A stretch of 63,856 bases of DNA, the filler included, from Olpidium bornovanus S191 (Eukaryota; Fungi; Olpidiomycota), in the NCBI GenBank assembly GCA_017911155.1. It is 36 parts of 36 records of this genome, joined end to end, with 100 filler letters (N's around TTAATTAATTAA, not from the genome) between each part and the next. Parts side by side here need not be neighbours in the genome. Positions count along the whole stretch, not along the records: positions 33,595 to 36,669 come from JAEFCI010001132.1; positions 36,770 to 37,999 come from JAEFCI010000199.1; positions 38,100 to 39,241 come from JAEFCI010001094.1; positions 39,342 to 40,495 come from JAEFCI010002700.1; positions 40,596 to 42,313 come from JAEFCI010003801.1; positions 42,414 to 43,962 come from JAEFCI010003624.1; positions 44,063 to 45,206 come from JAEFCI010009253.1; positions 45,307 to 47,123 come from JAEFCI010012235.1; 28 more parts are not named here. The stretch is one strand, 5' to 3'. Below, one piece after another: positions 33,714 through 47,223 of the stretch (position 1 is its first letter; each line of letters opens with the position of its first letter). The notes under the pieces are model-generated. The model was given only the letters and a program-made list of their open reading frames with translations, made no database searches and was not told where the DNA came from. The translations under genes were made by a program, and so were the position numbers.

Positions 33714-34974
33714 TCAATAACATTCCCAGGACGTCGATCGCCCGACTTCGAACCATCCGATCCGCGGATTCCAGAAGTTCACGCATGCATCTAAGCTGGG
33801 AAGCGGCGCTAACAGATTATTCACTCTAACGAATAATAAGACAAAGACAAAAAACGAACGCTCCGAGGATAAACTATGGCACGCACCAAGCCCGTTCGCG
33901 CGAGATACGCTTCCGCTGCCGCACACTTAGTGTTTCCAACAACCCACGCGAACTCCAGTGCGGCAGTTTGAGAATGCGGCGGACCGGCCAGCATGGTCGT
34001 CAGAGACCGGGGCAAATCAAGCGACCCGAGCAACTCGGCCGCATGCACGTCCGCCATCTGTTCTGCACGCAGAAGAAGCCCGGAGAGGAGCTTACACGCC
34101 GCCGTCACGACCTGCACGTTGGGGTATGGCCGCGAAATCGCACCGTCCCGGTCAGTATACGGCGGTGGTGAAAACCTACATGGTGTGATCGTAAATCGCC
34201 TTACGTATCCACTTCCGTCAAGCAGACACCGAAATACAAAATCACCGCATCTTCTGCAGTGAACAAGCCTGCCAAAATCGACGTAGGCTCTCTTAGTGTG
34301 ACTGCAGGCGGAGCGGCGCCCTTCCAGAGAAAACAAACGGCGCCGAAATTCTGATATTTACCATTCGCAACCTTCGCGGGTTTCGGCCACGCTTGCCAGA
34401 ATCTCGATGGCTGAACATCTGAGCAGAGGTTCCGGGGCGCCGGCGGCGGCGTCAACTGCATAGTCAAGAATGGCGGAATGGCTTCGCAGCAAAACAGCGA
34501 TGACTCTGGTGCGCGCGTCGCAGTCGGGGGAGGTTGCAGACGCCTCGTCCTGCAGATCTGTTCGAACCAGCAAAGCTAAAAAGCGCAAGGCGACAGAGCA
34601 AACGCGGTAGTCGGCTCCGCCGCCGCAACATTCCTGGCATAAACAGCGAAATATCGTGGGTCAGAACGCGAAGGTCCGTGCCGTGTGGCGGGCGCAGCAG
34701 TTTGCCGCGAAGGATACGGGCCAACAAGGCCTCTGGCGGTTGGATGGGACAGACATGGCCGCGCGCCTACGTCGACGACGCCCAGTGCGCCCCAGTTTAA
34801 GAACTTGGCGGCAGCCTGGGCCGGGTCAGCCTGGTCGGCGGGGCCCACGGCGTCAACCAAGAACGACATGACGAGTTCTGTGCGCGAGTCGTCGGAGCCC
34901 AACGCCAGGGTGCGGAGGGCGGAAAGGACGGCGCGCAGCGCGGCATCGTCCGGGGCGCCGGCGGCGGCGGCCAT
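33714..34974 (-). CDS. Multi-exon helical (ARM/HEAT-like) protein, divergently transcribed from seipin
   Basis: Amphipathic helical exon peptides (LRAVLSALRTL, LLRCSAIEILASVA, VVTAACKLLSGLL). Family and 3' end uncertain. Confidence 0.45.
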
Positions 34975-35183
34975 GAAGAAAGAAAAATCGCCGGGCCGCG
35001 CAGGGAGGGCGGGCGAGGGTCGGGCGCGACGCGGCGGGAGGCGGCGGGAGGCGTGGCGGCGTGGCGTCGTCCGGCGGCCGGGAAAGGGGTCGTTTATTCT
35101 AAGGGGAAAACGCCCTCCTCTCGCCCGCCGAACAACGCAGCGCCCGTCCCGGCAGCCGGTGGAGGCGTCGTGCACCGCCCACA

Positions 35184-36332
35184 ATGCTGGTCCGGGTGCT
35201 CGTCTACGTGGTCAACCGCGTGATGATCGCGCTGGACCCGTGCAGGTCGCGCGTTCGAGACGTCCTTCTCTTGTCCATGACCTGTCGCATCGTCGTCAAG
35301 GCTTTCGTCGCTCTCCTGCTCGTGGGCAGCCTGGTCTTCTTCGCCGCGCTCGCCTACGCTGCTTTCTACTGGGTTTACGTGCCGGAAATAGCCCACAGGG
35401 CGCCCGTTTATCTGCAGTACCCGGACGACGCGTCCGCCGGGACGGGGTCCGGGACGAGATTACCGCCGACGGGGGTCGTGGACGTTACGGGGGCCAACGC
35501 GCCGTTTCTCGTCGCGGGCCAGGAGTATGACGTATTGGTCGAGTTCGTCATTCCCCGAAGCGAGCGGAACGCTCAGCACGGGAACTTCATGGTCCGCCTT
35601 CGCCTGCTCGACGAGAAGGGCGTCGCGGTGGCCGGCAGCAGCCGGCCGCAAACGACGCATTTGCACGATTCGTTCCTTGTGCGGACCATGAAGACGATAT
35701 GGCTGGCAGTACCGCTTACGTTTGGCTTCACGACGGAGTCCCAGAAATTGGCCGTGTCTCTGCTGGAAGGGTTCGTGGAATCGGCGGCCGACCGGGTAAC
35801 TAGGGCAGAGGTCAGCGTCTCATCTCCGCACCTCCAGATCTATTCAGTCCAGCTGCTTTTCCACGCTCACTTCCGCGGCCTACGGTACTTCATGTACTAC
35901 CTCCGGATTCCGACCGCGCTGGTCTTTATCACCTCGTTTCTATTCTGGGAAATGCTATTCGCGCTGCTGGGCTGGAGGGCCGTCGTCGGCTGGTGGCAAG
36001 CCGAGACCATTCCGCCCCAACACAGGAAGACTGCCAATGTCCCTGTCTGCCGGACGCACGCTGCTACAACTGCAACGATCTGGGGAGCTCCAAGGGAGCA
36101 GCAACCGGCGAGGCTTGCAGAATTCTCAATGACGCGTGAATTCACAACGGAGACAGCGGCGGTCACGTCGACAGCGCAGCCCAGTGTGCTGGAGACGCTG
36201 TCGGACGAGGACACGACGGCCGAGATGCTTCAGCGCGGACAACTGCAGGCCGGCTCTGAGGACTTGGAAGCTGGGGGAAGTTGGAAGCGGCGAAATAACC
36301 AAGAGTCCCAAGACTCTGGGTGGTTTTCCTGA
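35184..36332 (+). CDS. FLD1: Seipin (lipid droplet biogenesis), single ORF, 382 aa
   Basis: TM1 ending in FYWVYVP, GQEYDVLVEFVIPRSERN, GNFMVRL, SSRP, IYSVQLLFHAHFRGLRYFMYY, then TM2. Confidence 0.93.
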   Translation: MLVRVLVYVVNRVMIALDPCRSRVRDVLLLSMTCRIVVKAFVALLLVGSLVFFAALAYAAFYWVYVPEIAHRAPVYLQYPDDASAGTGSGTRLPPTGVVDVTGANAPFLVAGQEYDVLVEFVIPRSERNAQHGNFMVRLRLLDEKGVAVAGSSRPQTTHLHDSFLVRTMKTIWLAVPLTFGFTTESQKLAVSLLEGFVESAADRVTRAEVSVSSPHLQIYSVQLLFHAHFRGLRYFMYYLRIPTALVFITSFLFWEMLFALLGWRAVVGWWQAETIPPQHRKTANVPVCRTHAATTATIWGAPREQQPARLAEFSMTREFTTETAAVTSTAQPSVLETLSDEDTTAEMLQRGQLQAGSEDLEAGGSWKRRNNQESQDSGWFS

Positions 36333-36769
36333 CGGGTGGCGACAAACGGTGCTGGTCACAATAGCAAAAGAACGCAAGTTTTGCGTTCAAATTCGCAAGA
36401 AGAAACCAAGAAAAAAAAAACCAGTCAACCAAGGCCAGCGCGCAAGCGACGCCCGCGTCGCTCCTCAAGATGTTTGCTGGTCGTCCCCTGTTGGGGATGC
36501 CCGGAAACGGCGGGGAAATTCCCTCTCGAAGACGCTCATACCCCGCGCCCCGATTCGTGTGCTGTCGGCACCTTAAACCCGCCCAACTGCGACACCATCC
36601 GCGCGGGCGAGATCAATGCTAAATTCGCTAGGACGAAGCACAGACATACGAAAAGAGGCTGAAATTTCANNNNNNNNNNNNNNNNNNNNNNNNNNNNNNN
36701 NNNNNNNNNNNNNTTAATTAATTAANNNNNNNNNNNNNNNNNNNNNNNNNNNNNNNNNNNNNNNNNNNN

Positions 36770-37653
36770 CATGGTCGGCCGGAGGATATCCAGCAGCTCG
36801 GAAAACGTCCGGCTCTCGTAGCTGTCGGGCCGCGTCACCGCCCGGATGAGCGGGGTCTGGTTTGCGCAGTTGATGCAGCCGACGTTCGCCCCCTGCTGGA
36901 TCAGCGCCCGCACGACCCGGACGTTGCCCGCCGCCGCGGCCCAGTGCAGGGCCGAGTGGCCCTCGGCGTCGATCGGCAGGTTCACGTCGAGGTTCCGCGG
37001 CAGGTGCAGCGGCACCCGCGGCACCTCGAGCGATTCGGAGAGGAAGCAGTCGCGCAGCGCGTCGGCGAATTCGGTCGGACTCTGAAATTCCGGGGTGCTC
37101 GACCCCCCGCCGGCCCCGGCGTGAAGCCTCCTGCGCTTCCTCCGCTCCGCCGGCATCGGCGGCAGCACCGCGGCGGGATCAGAAACGTCGTCGAAGTCGG
37201 AACTGGACATGCGGCTGAAGGCGACGGCCGGCTCGCCGATGCTCAACCCCGGCGGCGAGGCGTCCGAGTTCGGGTGGGCGCCGGGTTCGCTCTCGGGTTC
37301 GCCGCAGAACGCGAACGCCGGCGGCAGCGCGAAAAGCGGCACCGCCGAACTGGGCACGGAGGGGGCGGCCACCGCGGGAACGTGCTCGGCCGGCCCCCCG
37401 CCGAAACCCCGGCTCGCCGCGGTCAACGGCTGCCTCGTCCGCGCCGGCCGCTTGCCGCCGAGTTTCCTCTTCGGCACCGCGGCGGCATCCTGCCCGCGCG
37501 GTTTTCGCGGTCGGTTACTCGCGGCCGTGATGTGCTTAGGGGCAAGCGGAGGGCTCTCCGCCGTTGCCACGTAATCGAAAACCAGTCGCAGGTCGTCTTC
37601 GATGTGGTACTGTCGAGCCAAGCGCACTCCTCGTTCGAACGGCACCCAGGTAC
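36770..37653 (-). CDS. MBP1/SWI4/Res-type APSES (KilA-N) + ankyrin transcription factor, internal exon
   Basis: GTWVPFERGVRLARQY (APSES end), PPLAPKH, and IDAEGHSALHWAAAAG...GAN...NQTPLIRAV (ankyrin). Confidence 0.92.
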
Positions 37654-37909
37654 CTGTTCAGGAAGCGAGAGCAAAAAGAAAACTCTTTTCGTGAGGTGAG
37701 GCCGTGGAGTCGTTTTGGACGAGGCGAATATCAAAAGCGGGTGAGCCCGCAGGGAAAAGGGGAGGGGGCGGTGGTGGGGGTTTGTTTCCCCATTTCCGCG
37801 GCAATACAAAGCCGTCGCAATAGTCCGCGTCGAGAGTGGAATTTTTGGATTCATTTTTTCCTTCCATCTTTTGGATTTTTTTTTTCACATTTCGAGGCAA
37901 AAGAAAGCG

Positions 37910-37943
<34 letters not shown>

Positions 37944-37946
37944 TTT

Positions 37947-37994
<48 letters not shown>

Positions 37995-38120
37995 AAAAAN
38001 NNNNNNNNNNNNNNNNNNNNNNNNNNNNNNNNNNNNNNNNNNNTTAATTAATTAANNNNNNNNNNNNNNNNNNNNNNNNNNNNNNNNNNNNNNNNNNNNC
38101 CCCCCCCCCCCCCCGCCCCC

Positions 38121-38156
<36 letters not shown>

Positions 38157-39108
38157 TTCTCTCTCGAGGTTCGCCAATGTCGCGGAGAGCATTTGCAAGA
38201 CAGTGGATGGTGCACGTGACACACGCGGGGCGTGTAAACAGAAGGGCTCTGCCCAACGGCAGAGGTCCTCCCCTGACCAGGCACAAGGCGCAGCACGGCC
38301 CGAGCAAGTCACGCGGCAAGGTGCCGACTCCAGGAGCATTGCGACTTTTCCCAAATCGCCGTTGTGGATTGAACCCGGAATGCCTCCTGGCGTGTGCTTG
38401 CGCCGCGGGGTGGTGCGGAGCATGCGCTCACGACGTCAGGCTTTTGGAGAACCATCGCGAACGGACAACAAACGTCGTGATTTCATGTCCTGTGCTCGAG
38501 AATAGAGCATCCCGTGTTTAAAGGGGGAAAGCGGACGGGCGGGGGGGCACAAAGCTGGTTCCACCGCCTTGTCACACTCTTAGAGTAGTAGTTCGCCGGG
38601 CCGCGGAACATGGGCTCTACTGCGATGACCAGAGCAGATCTAGCTTGGCCAGGGCTGTGGCCCGGCAGACGCGGAGGACGGATCAAACGCAGAGGGCATT
38701 GGGCTCCAAAAGGTCAACCTGCAGTTCGCGGGCGGTGCACGTATCGTTACGTCATATAATCGCAACATAGCATTCAAAGAATCGCATCTCACCGCGGCCA
38801 CACTTTCTTCCGGGGGTGCTCACAGCAAGCCGCGTGCTGTGGTCACTCTCTCGACAAGCGTCACCTGGAGCCTCTGCATCACCATCCAATCAGATTCACA
38901 TATTTGCGCATCCAGTGACTAAGCTTCGCTGGTGCGAAGTGTTTTTCGGAAGTCGTTCTATTTCAACAAAAAAAACAGTCGCGGCTGAGTTTGCTGCTAC
39001 CTGCGTGCGGCGCTCGCGGTATATTTTCTTTTTTTTGTTGGCCACGTCGCGGCAATTTCAGATGGTTCGTGTGCCGCGGACAAATCCAGTTGTCTGTCCT
39101 TGGCGTTC

Positions 39109-39157
<49 letters not shown>

Positions 39158-41808
39158 CACCCCCCCCCCCTCTTTCACTTCGGTCCGTCGATTTTTTTTC
39201 GCGCCGCCCCCAAAAAGGGCCCCCGGGGGCGGGGGGGGGGGNNNNNNNNNNNNNNNNNNNNNNNNNNNNNNNNNNNNNNNNNNNNTTAATTAATTAANNN
39301 NNNNNNNNNNNNNNNNNNNNNNNNNNNNNNNNNNNNNNNNNCATGGGAACGGAATAGCTGGCAACCACATCAAGGAGTTGCCGTCGTTGTTGAAATGCTC
39401 TTATGAGGCTTCCTTGAACGCGCTGCCTGCGTAACGCGCGGCAGAACGCTCTTTTTTATTTTTTTTTTCCTTTTTTTTTCGAACAGAAATTTTTGCCGAG
39501 GGCTTTTCTTCGTTTTGTTGACCCACAATTGCCGCATTCGGGAGTAGGTCACGGCATATGCTGTCGCATCCGCCCGACCATCTTTTCCTTCGTGCAGATT
39601 CGGCTCATCTGCACGCCGCACAACTGCCATTGCGGCCGTACCGCTTGTTTCTGAGCTCGCCGTAAAGACTGCTGAGCCCCTCTCGTCACATTCCGCAGAG
39701 CACTTGAAATGTTACGACCACCGTCGACTTTGCGGTCCATTCGCACCCGCGCTCTCCCCGCAGTCATTTATTGAAGGCCGTCCAATGGTCAATGGCCAGG
39801 TTTCTTATGTATACTGCAAATCTCCTCTCCGGCGTGGTCCCTCCTCTCCCCGCGACTCTTTACCCCCCAAAACTTTTGTGTTCGCTTTGCCTACTGTCAT
39901 CGCCGAAAGGTTTTTCTCGAGCCGCCGTCAAAGCGAACAGCACACGCCTTTTGCAGGGCGTTCCGTAAAAACGCATAATGCACATTTGGCAGCGCACATT
40001 TTGAGAGGCGTTTTACAAGCCCCCCCCCCTTGACGGCGCACCGTTGCGGCGCCCATCCACGCTCCTTGCCGTTTCGCCGCAAACATGACAGCTGTGACTA
40101 GACTCAAATGAGATCAAGAGAAAGAAATTCTCGCGGCCACCCGCACGTCAAGCGGATGGCCCTAACCGTTCGCCGTTGTCCGGTCGTTTCGTGTGTGTCG
40201 ACCGTTTTGTCAATTTGCCCGTCAGGACGTCATCCCGACATTTTGCTCGCCAACCGAGGCAAATATATGCCGGAAAAAACCAGTCCTTCCCTCCTCCGCC
40301 CAAGAAAAACTAAAACCGTTGCCGCCGTTTGCTGGCCCCAGTTTCGGTTTTCTTTTTTTTTTTCTTTTTTTTTGCCATTTCTCCTTTTGAAGCACCCTTG
40401 TCGGCCAGCTGCCGTTGCTTGCCAAATGCCGCCGCTGCCGCCCGCACAGCTTTAGGCTGTAGGCTGACAAACATTGTCGCTGATGGTCAGCTGCCNNNNN
40501 NNNNNNNNNNNNNNNNNNNNNNNNNNNNNNNNNNNNNNNTTAATTAATTAANNNNNNNNNNNNNNNNNNNNNNNNNNNNNNNNNNNNNNNNNNNNCATGC
40601 TAGATTCGGCTGCTGGCAGCAACGGGCCGTTACTCCGCGTAATGCCGGCAACTAGGGGCGTGTCCTCGCACGCTATTTGCGTGCAAACGAAAGACACCGT
40701 TGTTTTCTGGGGGCAAAACCGCCTTCCCCTCTTTCCTTACCGCCAGCTGCAAGGTAGACTGCACCACAATCCGATTCCACCCCTTTCATTCTGCACGTGC
40801 ATTTTTCTTGCTGTTTGGGCTTAATGTCACTGCCGAACAGCCATTCTGCTCGATTTCGCTTTCCCTCCAATTCTGCACGCTCCCAGCCCGGTTCGGGTCC
40901 GCCGCGCGAAGTCGGTCGGACCTTCCTCACGCTTAAGAACGGCGCTTTGGGCCGTCGGGGACGAAAACCCAGGTCAAGCTTTTCTTCTCCTCCCAGCGCT
41001 TCACACGGTCACCGCGGACGGTCCGCGTGGAGCGCCACCCGAAAGGGATTGGCGGCCGCCGCGGGCTTTTAAATTTTATTCTCTTTTGTTTCTTACTTTT
41101 ATTATTTTATTTTATTCTTTTTTTTTGTTTCTTATTTTATTTTTATTTTTATTTTTTTTTATTTTCTTTTGTTTCTTATTTTATTTTAATTTTTATTTTT
41201 TTTTTGTTGCACGGAGCAACGGTGCGTTCGGTCGCTTTCTTATTCGACCCCATTCGACGAATCAGCGAGGCCAGGCCGGGCAAAAACAAAAAAAAACATT
41301 CCGACAGGAAAAAAGCGCCCGGGCAAGCCGCACGCCGCCACACAACCCCACACACGCCGGAGACACTTGATTTATTTTTTTTTTCTTTTCCTTTGGAACT
41401 TTTTGCAGATTCGGCGAGCAGGCGGAATTCAAGCCCACGGGGCCGGCGAAAGCAAATGCCGGCAGAACGGTCGGGCCGGCGGTCCGGCGGGGCATCGGCG
41501 GGTCCCGACTGTGATCTTCGCGCGGGTCCGCCGCCGCCGCCGCCGCCGCCGCCGACGCCGCCGCGCCGACCGCTGGCGAGGGCTGCAGGACCCGAGCACC
41601 GGGACAGGCGTCGCGCTGTGACAGCGCACAAGAAAGCGGAAGAAGGTGCCGCAAAAAAAAAAAAAGCGTAGCTGCCGCCGAATTCAGAATCGCACCACCA
41701 CCCCCCCCCCGTTCGTGTTTCGAGGGGATCAGCAATCTCTCCCTGATGACGGGGAGAACCTGCCCCGGGACTTCCGTGCGACTTCTTTTCTTTTTTTCCC
41801 TGCGACAG

Positions 41809-42187
41809 CACTCAAGGCGCTGATCCAGAAGAAACAGGAATTGGACCGGAGCCTGGTAGGCGGCCGGCCCCTACACTAGCGATGCGCAGACGGGGGCGAC
41901 GGATTTTGCAGGAGGCGGGGGCCGATAAGCGGCCGAAAATTCGGGGAGCGAGACGGAAATTGTGTGTCGCTCTCACACTGAGATTGAATTTTCGCAACCG
42001 GCCAAAGGCAGCCCTCGAGTACAACATTTACCAATCCGAGGGGAACTACCTCCGGCACGTCCCGGCCGGCGGACACTACATTTTCACGGTCGACGGGCGA
42101 TCCGGCGGGTGCTCGCGGGAGCAGCGGCTGTTCCACGTGAACGACGAGGATCGCCTGTTCTCCCAGTCTTCGACGACGTACCAGCAG
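41809..42187 (+). CDS. EAF6: NuA4/NuA3 subunit EAF6-like, internal exons
   Basis: LKALIQKKQELDRSL-AALEYNIYQSEGNYL...DEDRLFSQSSTTY. Confidence 0.75.
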
Positions 42188-42471
42188 GTGAGCATGTCCT
42201 GCCGAAGCAACCTGAAATCCGTAGGGCAACTGACAACACAAGAACTCCCCCGCCCAGAGCCTCGCGTTGTGAGTCTCTCAAAAGCTCATCGCGGAGCTCG
42301 CCGAAGAACCTGANNNNNNNNNNNNNNNNNNNNNNNNNNNNNNNNNNNNNNNNNNNNTTAATTAATTAANNNNNNNNNNNNNNNNNNNNNNNNNNNNNNN
42401 NNNNNNNNNNNNNGGGCGGGCGGGGCGGGGCGGGGGGGGGCGGGGGAGGGGGGGGGGGGGGGGGAGGAAGG

Positions 42472-42514
42472 CGGTCGGTCGGTCGGTCGGTCGGTCGGTC
42501 GGTCGGTCGGTCGG
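42472..42514. repeat. (GGTC)n microsatellite
   Basis: About 11 units of GGTC. Confidence 0.9.
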
Positions 42515-42820
42515 TTCGTCGCGAGGAGCGGAATTTTTTTCCGCCCCGCGGGAGGGCGAGGAGCGCCACGGCCGCCCGCCGCCACAAAGAAAACTTTCTG
42601 CTCGCCAGGAAAGTCCGGGAGAAACGAAAAACGGATTAGCAGCCGGGGAGCGTCGCGCGCACCGGCATCCCCTCCCCCTTCGCGCCTGCGCGGCGCAGAC
42701 GGCCCGACCCGCGGCCGAGGAGAACCCAGCCGAGGAAACAAGGCCTCCGGCCTACCGGGAGCTTTCGCGGAGCGCGCTTGACTCCGGCAAAACGGAAAAA
42801 AAAAAAAAAAAAAAAAAGAA

Positions 42821-43947
42821 ATGGCGCCCGGGAACACTGCGAGGGACCGCGAGGGCCCCCGGGAGCGTGGACCCCGCCGCGAGGACGGCCCGGCGCACCC
42901 CGCGGAGAGGACGAGAAAGGAAGGCGGCAAGAAGGAGCGGCGGCGGACGCTGTCGGATGTCGGGGCCCGCCCGGTCGCGGAGGGTGCGCCGCACAAGAAG
43001 CGGAGACTGTCGGCAGGGTCCCAGGCCGCCGCGAAGAGGACCGGCGCGGACGACGGGGCGGTCGCCGCGCGCGCGGAGAGTCGGAGCGCTGGCCCCGCCG
43101 GGAACCGGGCCGCGGCGGCCGCCCGGGTCCGATCCGGCGGCGGAGCGTGTGCGTCAACTAAAAGTAAAAAGAAAATAAAATAAAACAGAATATTCTGCGC
43201 GGGTCGGTGGATGCCTTTGGGGCTCGCTCTTGCTGACGCTTTTTTTTGCCACGCTGCGAAATGTGCTCAGAACTGAACGCCGCGAACGCCTGGGCGGACC
43301 AGTACATTTCCGTCGCGCGGGAGGTTCGTTATTCGGACGCGGGCGAGATGCGTTGGGCGGGACTGGCGCGAAGCATAACAGGAAGAACCGAATCCTTTTC
43401 AGGACAGCGAGGGCGAGGGCTGTGACGGTGAGTCCGTCGACCCGGGAATTGCGGAAGTCGGGGCAGACGATTCAGATGTATGGATGGACGAGGAGGATCT
43501 TCCGGAATCAACAATGGGCCCGGCGGAGGAGGAAAGCGCGTCTGTTGACGCTGTGAAGAAGATGGCGGGGGAAATCAAGAACATCTGCGGTCGGCTGCGA
43601 GACAACAGCGGCGGGAAGCTGTGGAGCAGGCGGCCAGGTGAGCGCCTTCCCCCGCAGAGAGGAGCTTCTGTCACAACTCACGTTTGTTGACGAAAGGAGG
43701 CGCTTTGCGACGGTCAGGCGCTACGACGGTCGTCGTAACCCCCCGCGCGGCAGCCATGTTGAAGCAGGTCGGCGAACGCTACAACCGCTTCCGGGCTTGC
43801 TGCTTCCAATTATGGCCGGGCAGCAAGGCGCTTTTGCGGGACATGTTTTTCGACGTAATCTTGAAGGTGAAAAGAACGGAATATCTGTACTCGGACGCTG
43901 CGGCCAAGCCAAACGGGCCCACGGCGCGCAGGAAACGTGTGTTCTGA
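42821..43947 (+). CDS. Hypothetical multi-exon protein fragment
   Basis: Coding-like segments (MAPGNTARDRE..., VDAVKKMAGEIKNICGRL, LLRDMFFDVILKVKR) with a gtgag donor. Not recognised. Confidence 0.35.
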
Positions 43948-45450
43948 TTTCCTTTCCGAGAANNNNNNNNNNNNNNNNNNNNNNNNNNNNNNNNNNNNNN
44001 NNNNNNTTAATTAATTAANNNNNNNNNNNNNNNNNNNNNNNNNNNNNNNNNNNNNNNNNNNNCATGATGCGGCGGCTCTCCTCCTCCGCCTCCGCCTCCG
44101 ACTCCGACTCCGTCTGCTCCAGGTACGGTTATGACCACGGGCGTCGGAAACTAATACTTCTACTGCAATGAGGCCGGATGGATATAAATGCAATCGAATG
44201 ATATTCACTAATAGTAAGTTTGAACTGATCAGCCAGGTTGGTTGCATTCCCGGAACGGATGTGACAGGGAGAAAAGGACCTTTTCTTTGGTTAGATCAGC
44301 TACGTCGAGGGCCTGACAATGCTGTTCCAAACGGATGATGCAAAGGCCTCCAGCATGCCAATGGCTAAGAAGATGGTAGTAAAGATGGGTAGGGAAGGTC
44401 TGACAAAATTCAGTCTCCTTTGGAAAATGATGTGCCTCATGACCGGGACGTTCTGGGACGAAATGCACGATGTTGTTCAGGTGCAGCGACTTTATCCCGG
44501 ACGAGAGCAAGGACGAGCCCGGGCGCGCCGGCGACGATATGGAGACACTTCACCTTATCTTGGAGGTTTTGCCGCGTTCTGTTTTATTACCCGGGAGAGT
44601 TCGGACCAGTGCAACACGCAGAAGTTCACTCTCCTCACACTCTCTTTCTTCCCACCACTCCTTCCCCTCCCACCTCCCACCAACCGCTCCGTCCCATTTT
44701 TTATTAAGCAAAAATGCGGACGGGGGAAGGAAGAGGCAGGGGTGGGGTGGGGGGGGGGGAGGGGGGGCGGAAGGAAAGGGTGGGAACTGATGGATGTTCG
44801 TTGTAAACTGCTCGTGCTCGCAAAAGAGGCAGTGGTTAACTAGCGCTTTTTTCAGGTCCTCCAATGTCCTGGGCTTCCCGCCGGGTTGTCCGTCACATGA
44901 GTGTGCCATAATAAGGCTGTAAAATGCCTGGCCAATTTGTTGGTTCCCGGCGCAATTCCTGCTTCTCCGGCTTCCACGGCGGTGTCACACTTGTGTGTGA
45001 ATTCAGTGACTTCGGCAGCGCCCCCGGTCCCGGTGAATTGGCGGTACTGACATCAAGAGAGCCCGCGCCACGAGGTCTGGTGCAGAGAGCGTGCACGACG
45101 GCTCTGGTCCCGCCTCCGGTCTCGGGCATTCCGGTCTCGGTTCCGGTCTCGGCTTCGAACTCGCGCGTATCCCTGGCTCTGGTCCGAGCTCCAAAGAAGT
45201 ACATGCNNNNNNNNNNNNNNNNNNNNNNNNNNNNNNNNNNNNNNNNNNNNTTAATTAATTAANNNNNNNNNNNNNNNNNNNNNNNNNNNNNNNNNNNNNN
45301 NNNNNNGCTTCCCGCAAGTCCCGTGCCAACACTTTAATCTGCAATCAAAGAGGACGCCGTCGTTAACTCGATGACTATCGCGTAATACTTGCAGGGCATC
45401 CGACGCCGGAATCACAAATTTCCATGACAACGATCACTCAGAGAATTCAC

Positions 45451-46853
45451 CTCCTTCAAGTTTAAGTCGGAAAGTAGGGTGATGACGTTGTCGTCCACCC
45501 GGAGTACCAGGCCTGTCTCGTTCGCAAAACGCCCGTTAGCGACTCTGACGTGCGCGCCTGGCTCGAAACATTTCCTGAGTTGCTTTGCAGGGAACGTAAG
45601 GCTGCGCTCGAGCCCCGCCGACGCGTTCGGAGCAACGGTAATCTGGGAGCCGTCCACAGACTGCACAATGCCCTGGACGTTCTTCATCTCGCCGTTCGTG
45701 ACCTCCACCTTGTCCCCCGGCACGAACTCGACCGGGCCGTCCTTGAGCGCCGTGGCAGCCAGTGCCGAGAGGTCTACATTGCCCTCGTATCCATTGGCGC
45801 CTCCGTCCCCGGCAAAGCGTTGGATTTCTTCCAGCGTCGGGTTAACGTTTTCCACCGTGAGCATCCCCACGCGGACGTCCTTCTCAAGGAACCCGTCCTT
45901 GAACACGTCCGTGCCGTAGGTGAAGACGTTCCGTCCCTTCGGTATAACCGGCTTGGTCCGGTCGAGCAGTTCAATCTCTTTAGGATTAAACAGCTTCTGC
46001 GGCGGACGCTGCGACAGGGGTTTCCGGGCCTTCCATTTTCGGTCCTGTTCCTGCCGTTGCTGCAACGCGGAAATCCGCGCACGGGAGGTGTCAACACCGC
46101 CGGAGACGAATCGAAAAGTTTCAACGCTGGCGCGCTGAACTCACGTCCTTTGGAGTCATGTCAATCCGCGGAATGATTTTTACCCTCACGAGGTCCCCAG
46201 AGTCGAACACTTCGATCAGCTGGCACAGATCTCCTGTGTACTTTCCGCGCCTCATGCGGACCCATCCACCCGGCTGCAGCTGCACCTCCTTCTTAGCGGC
46301 CTGCATCGTGTCCACCATGTCCTTAATTGGTACCAGCATGACTTTGCTGTGGTATACGTTATTGACGTTCGTGATGGCAGCCACCACGCTGGCATTGCTG
46401 CGCGACTCAATGTAAATGTAACCCTTAAGGGTGTCCCGCATGAAACAGCACGAGACGTCCAGCGGGTTGTCCGTGTTTTCCCTGTCCAAGTATTTGCGCA
46501 TTATTGTGTTGACGACATCGCGTTCCTTGCCAGGCTTCGAACGCAGCAAAAAAAGGGGCTTGTAAGGATGCAGCGGGAGTCTGCTATTCCGCCACGTGCC
46601 ACACGGCAGGCTGACTCACCTTGCACTTAACCACCCACAGGCTGGGATCTTGCACGGAGGGTATCAGGGTGTGCTGCGGCACATCACCTTCGTCGCCCAC
46701 GTATTGGGCGGTTCTGCCATAGTCCATCCGCGAATACCGATGCCGCAGCTGCTCAGCAAGCTCCTCAGCGCTCGGCTCCTCGCGCTGGCGCTCCAGATCG
46801 AGCCTGCTGCGGCCAAGGTCACCCTGGCGCCTGAAATCGTGCACCTGCGCCAC
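45451..46853 (-). CDS. SPT5: Transcription elongation factor SPT5 (NGN and KOW1-3), partial
   Basis: PSVQDPSLWVVKCK-PGKE, LKGYIYIES, GGWVRMRRGKYTGDL, RPPQKLFN, VNPTLEEIQRF, FEPGAHVRVANG...ETGLV. Confidence 0.97.
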
Positions 46854-47024
46854 CTCGCCTTCATCAATGAAGTCGTCTGTGCGGGGAGTGTGCCGAAACT
46901 CAGCGCGGACGGGCCAGATAATCCCGCGAACCTCCCGAAAACAGTCAGATCACAACAACAGCAAAACGGTAATGCTCCCGCAAACAGCGGTCGTTCGCGC
47001 AAGTCCCGAGCAGTCCCTCCCTCG

Positions 47025-47056
<32 letters not shown>

Positions 47057-47223
47057 ACCCCCCCCCCCCCCCCCCCCCCCCCCCTCCCCCCTTTTCCCCC
47101 CCCCCCCCTCCCCCGCGCCCCCCNNNNNNNNNNNNNNNNNNNNNNNNNNNNNNNNNNNNNNNNNNNNTTAATTAATTAANNNNNNNNNNNNNNNNNNNNN
47201 NNNNNNNNNNNNNNNNNNNNNNN

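Noticed and set aside
45479-46176. Plus-strand ORFs of 146 and 208 aa
   Set aside because: Antisense to SPT5 exons.
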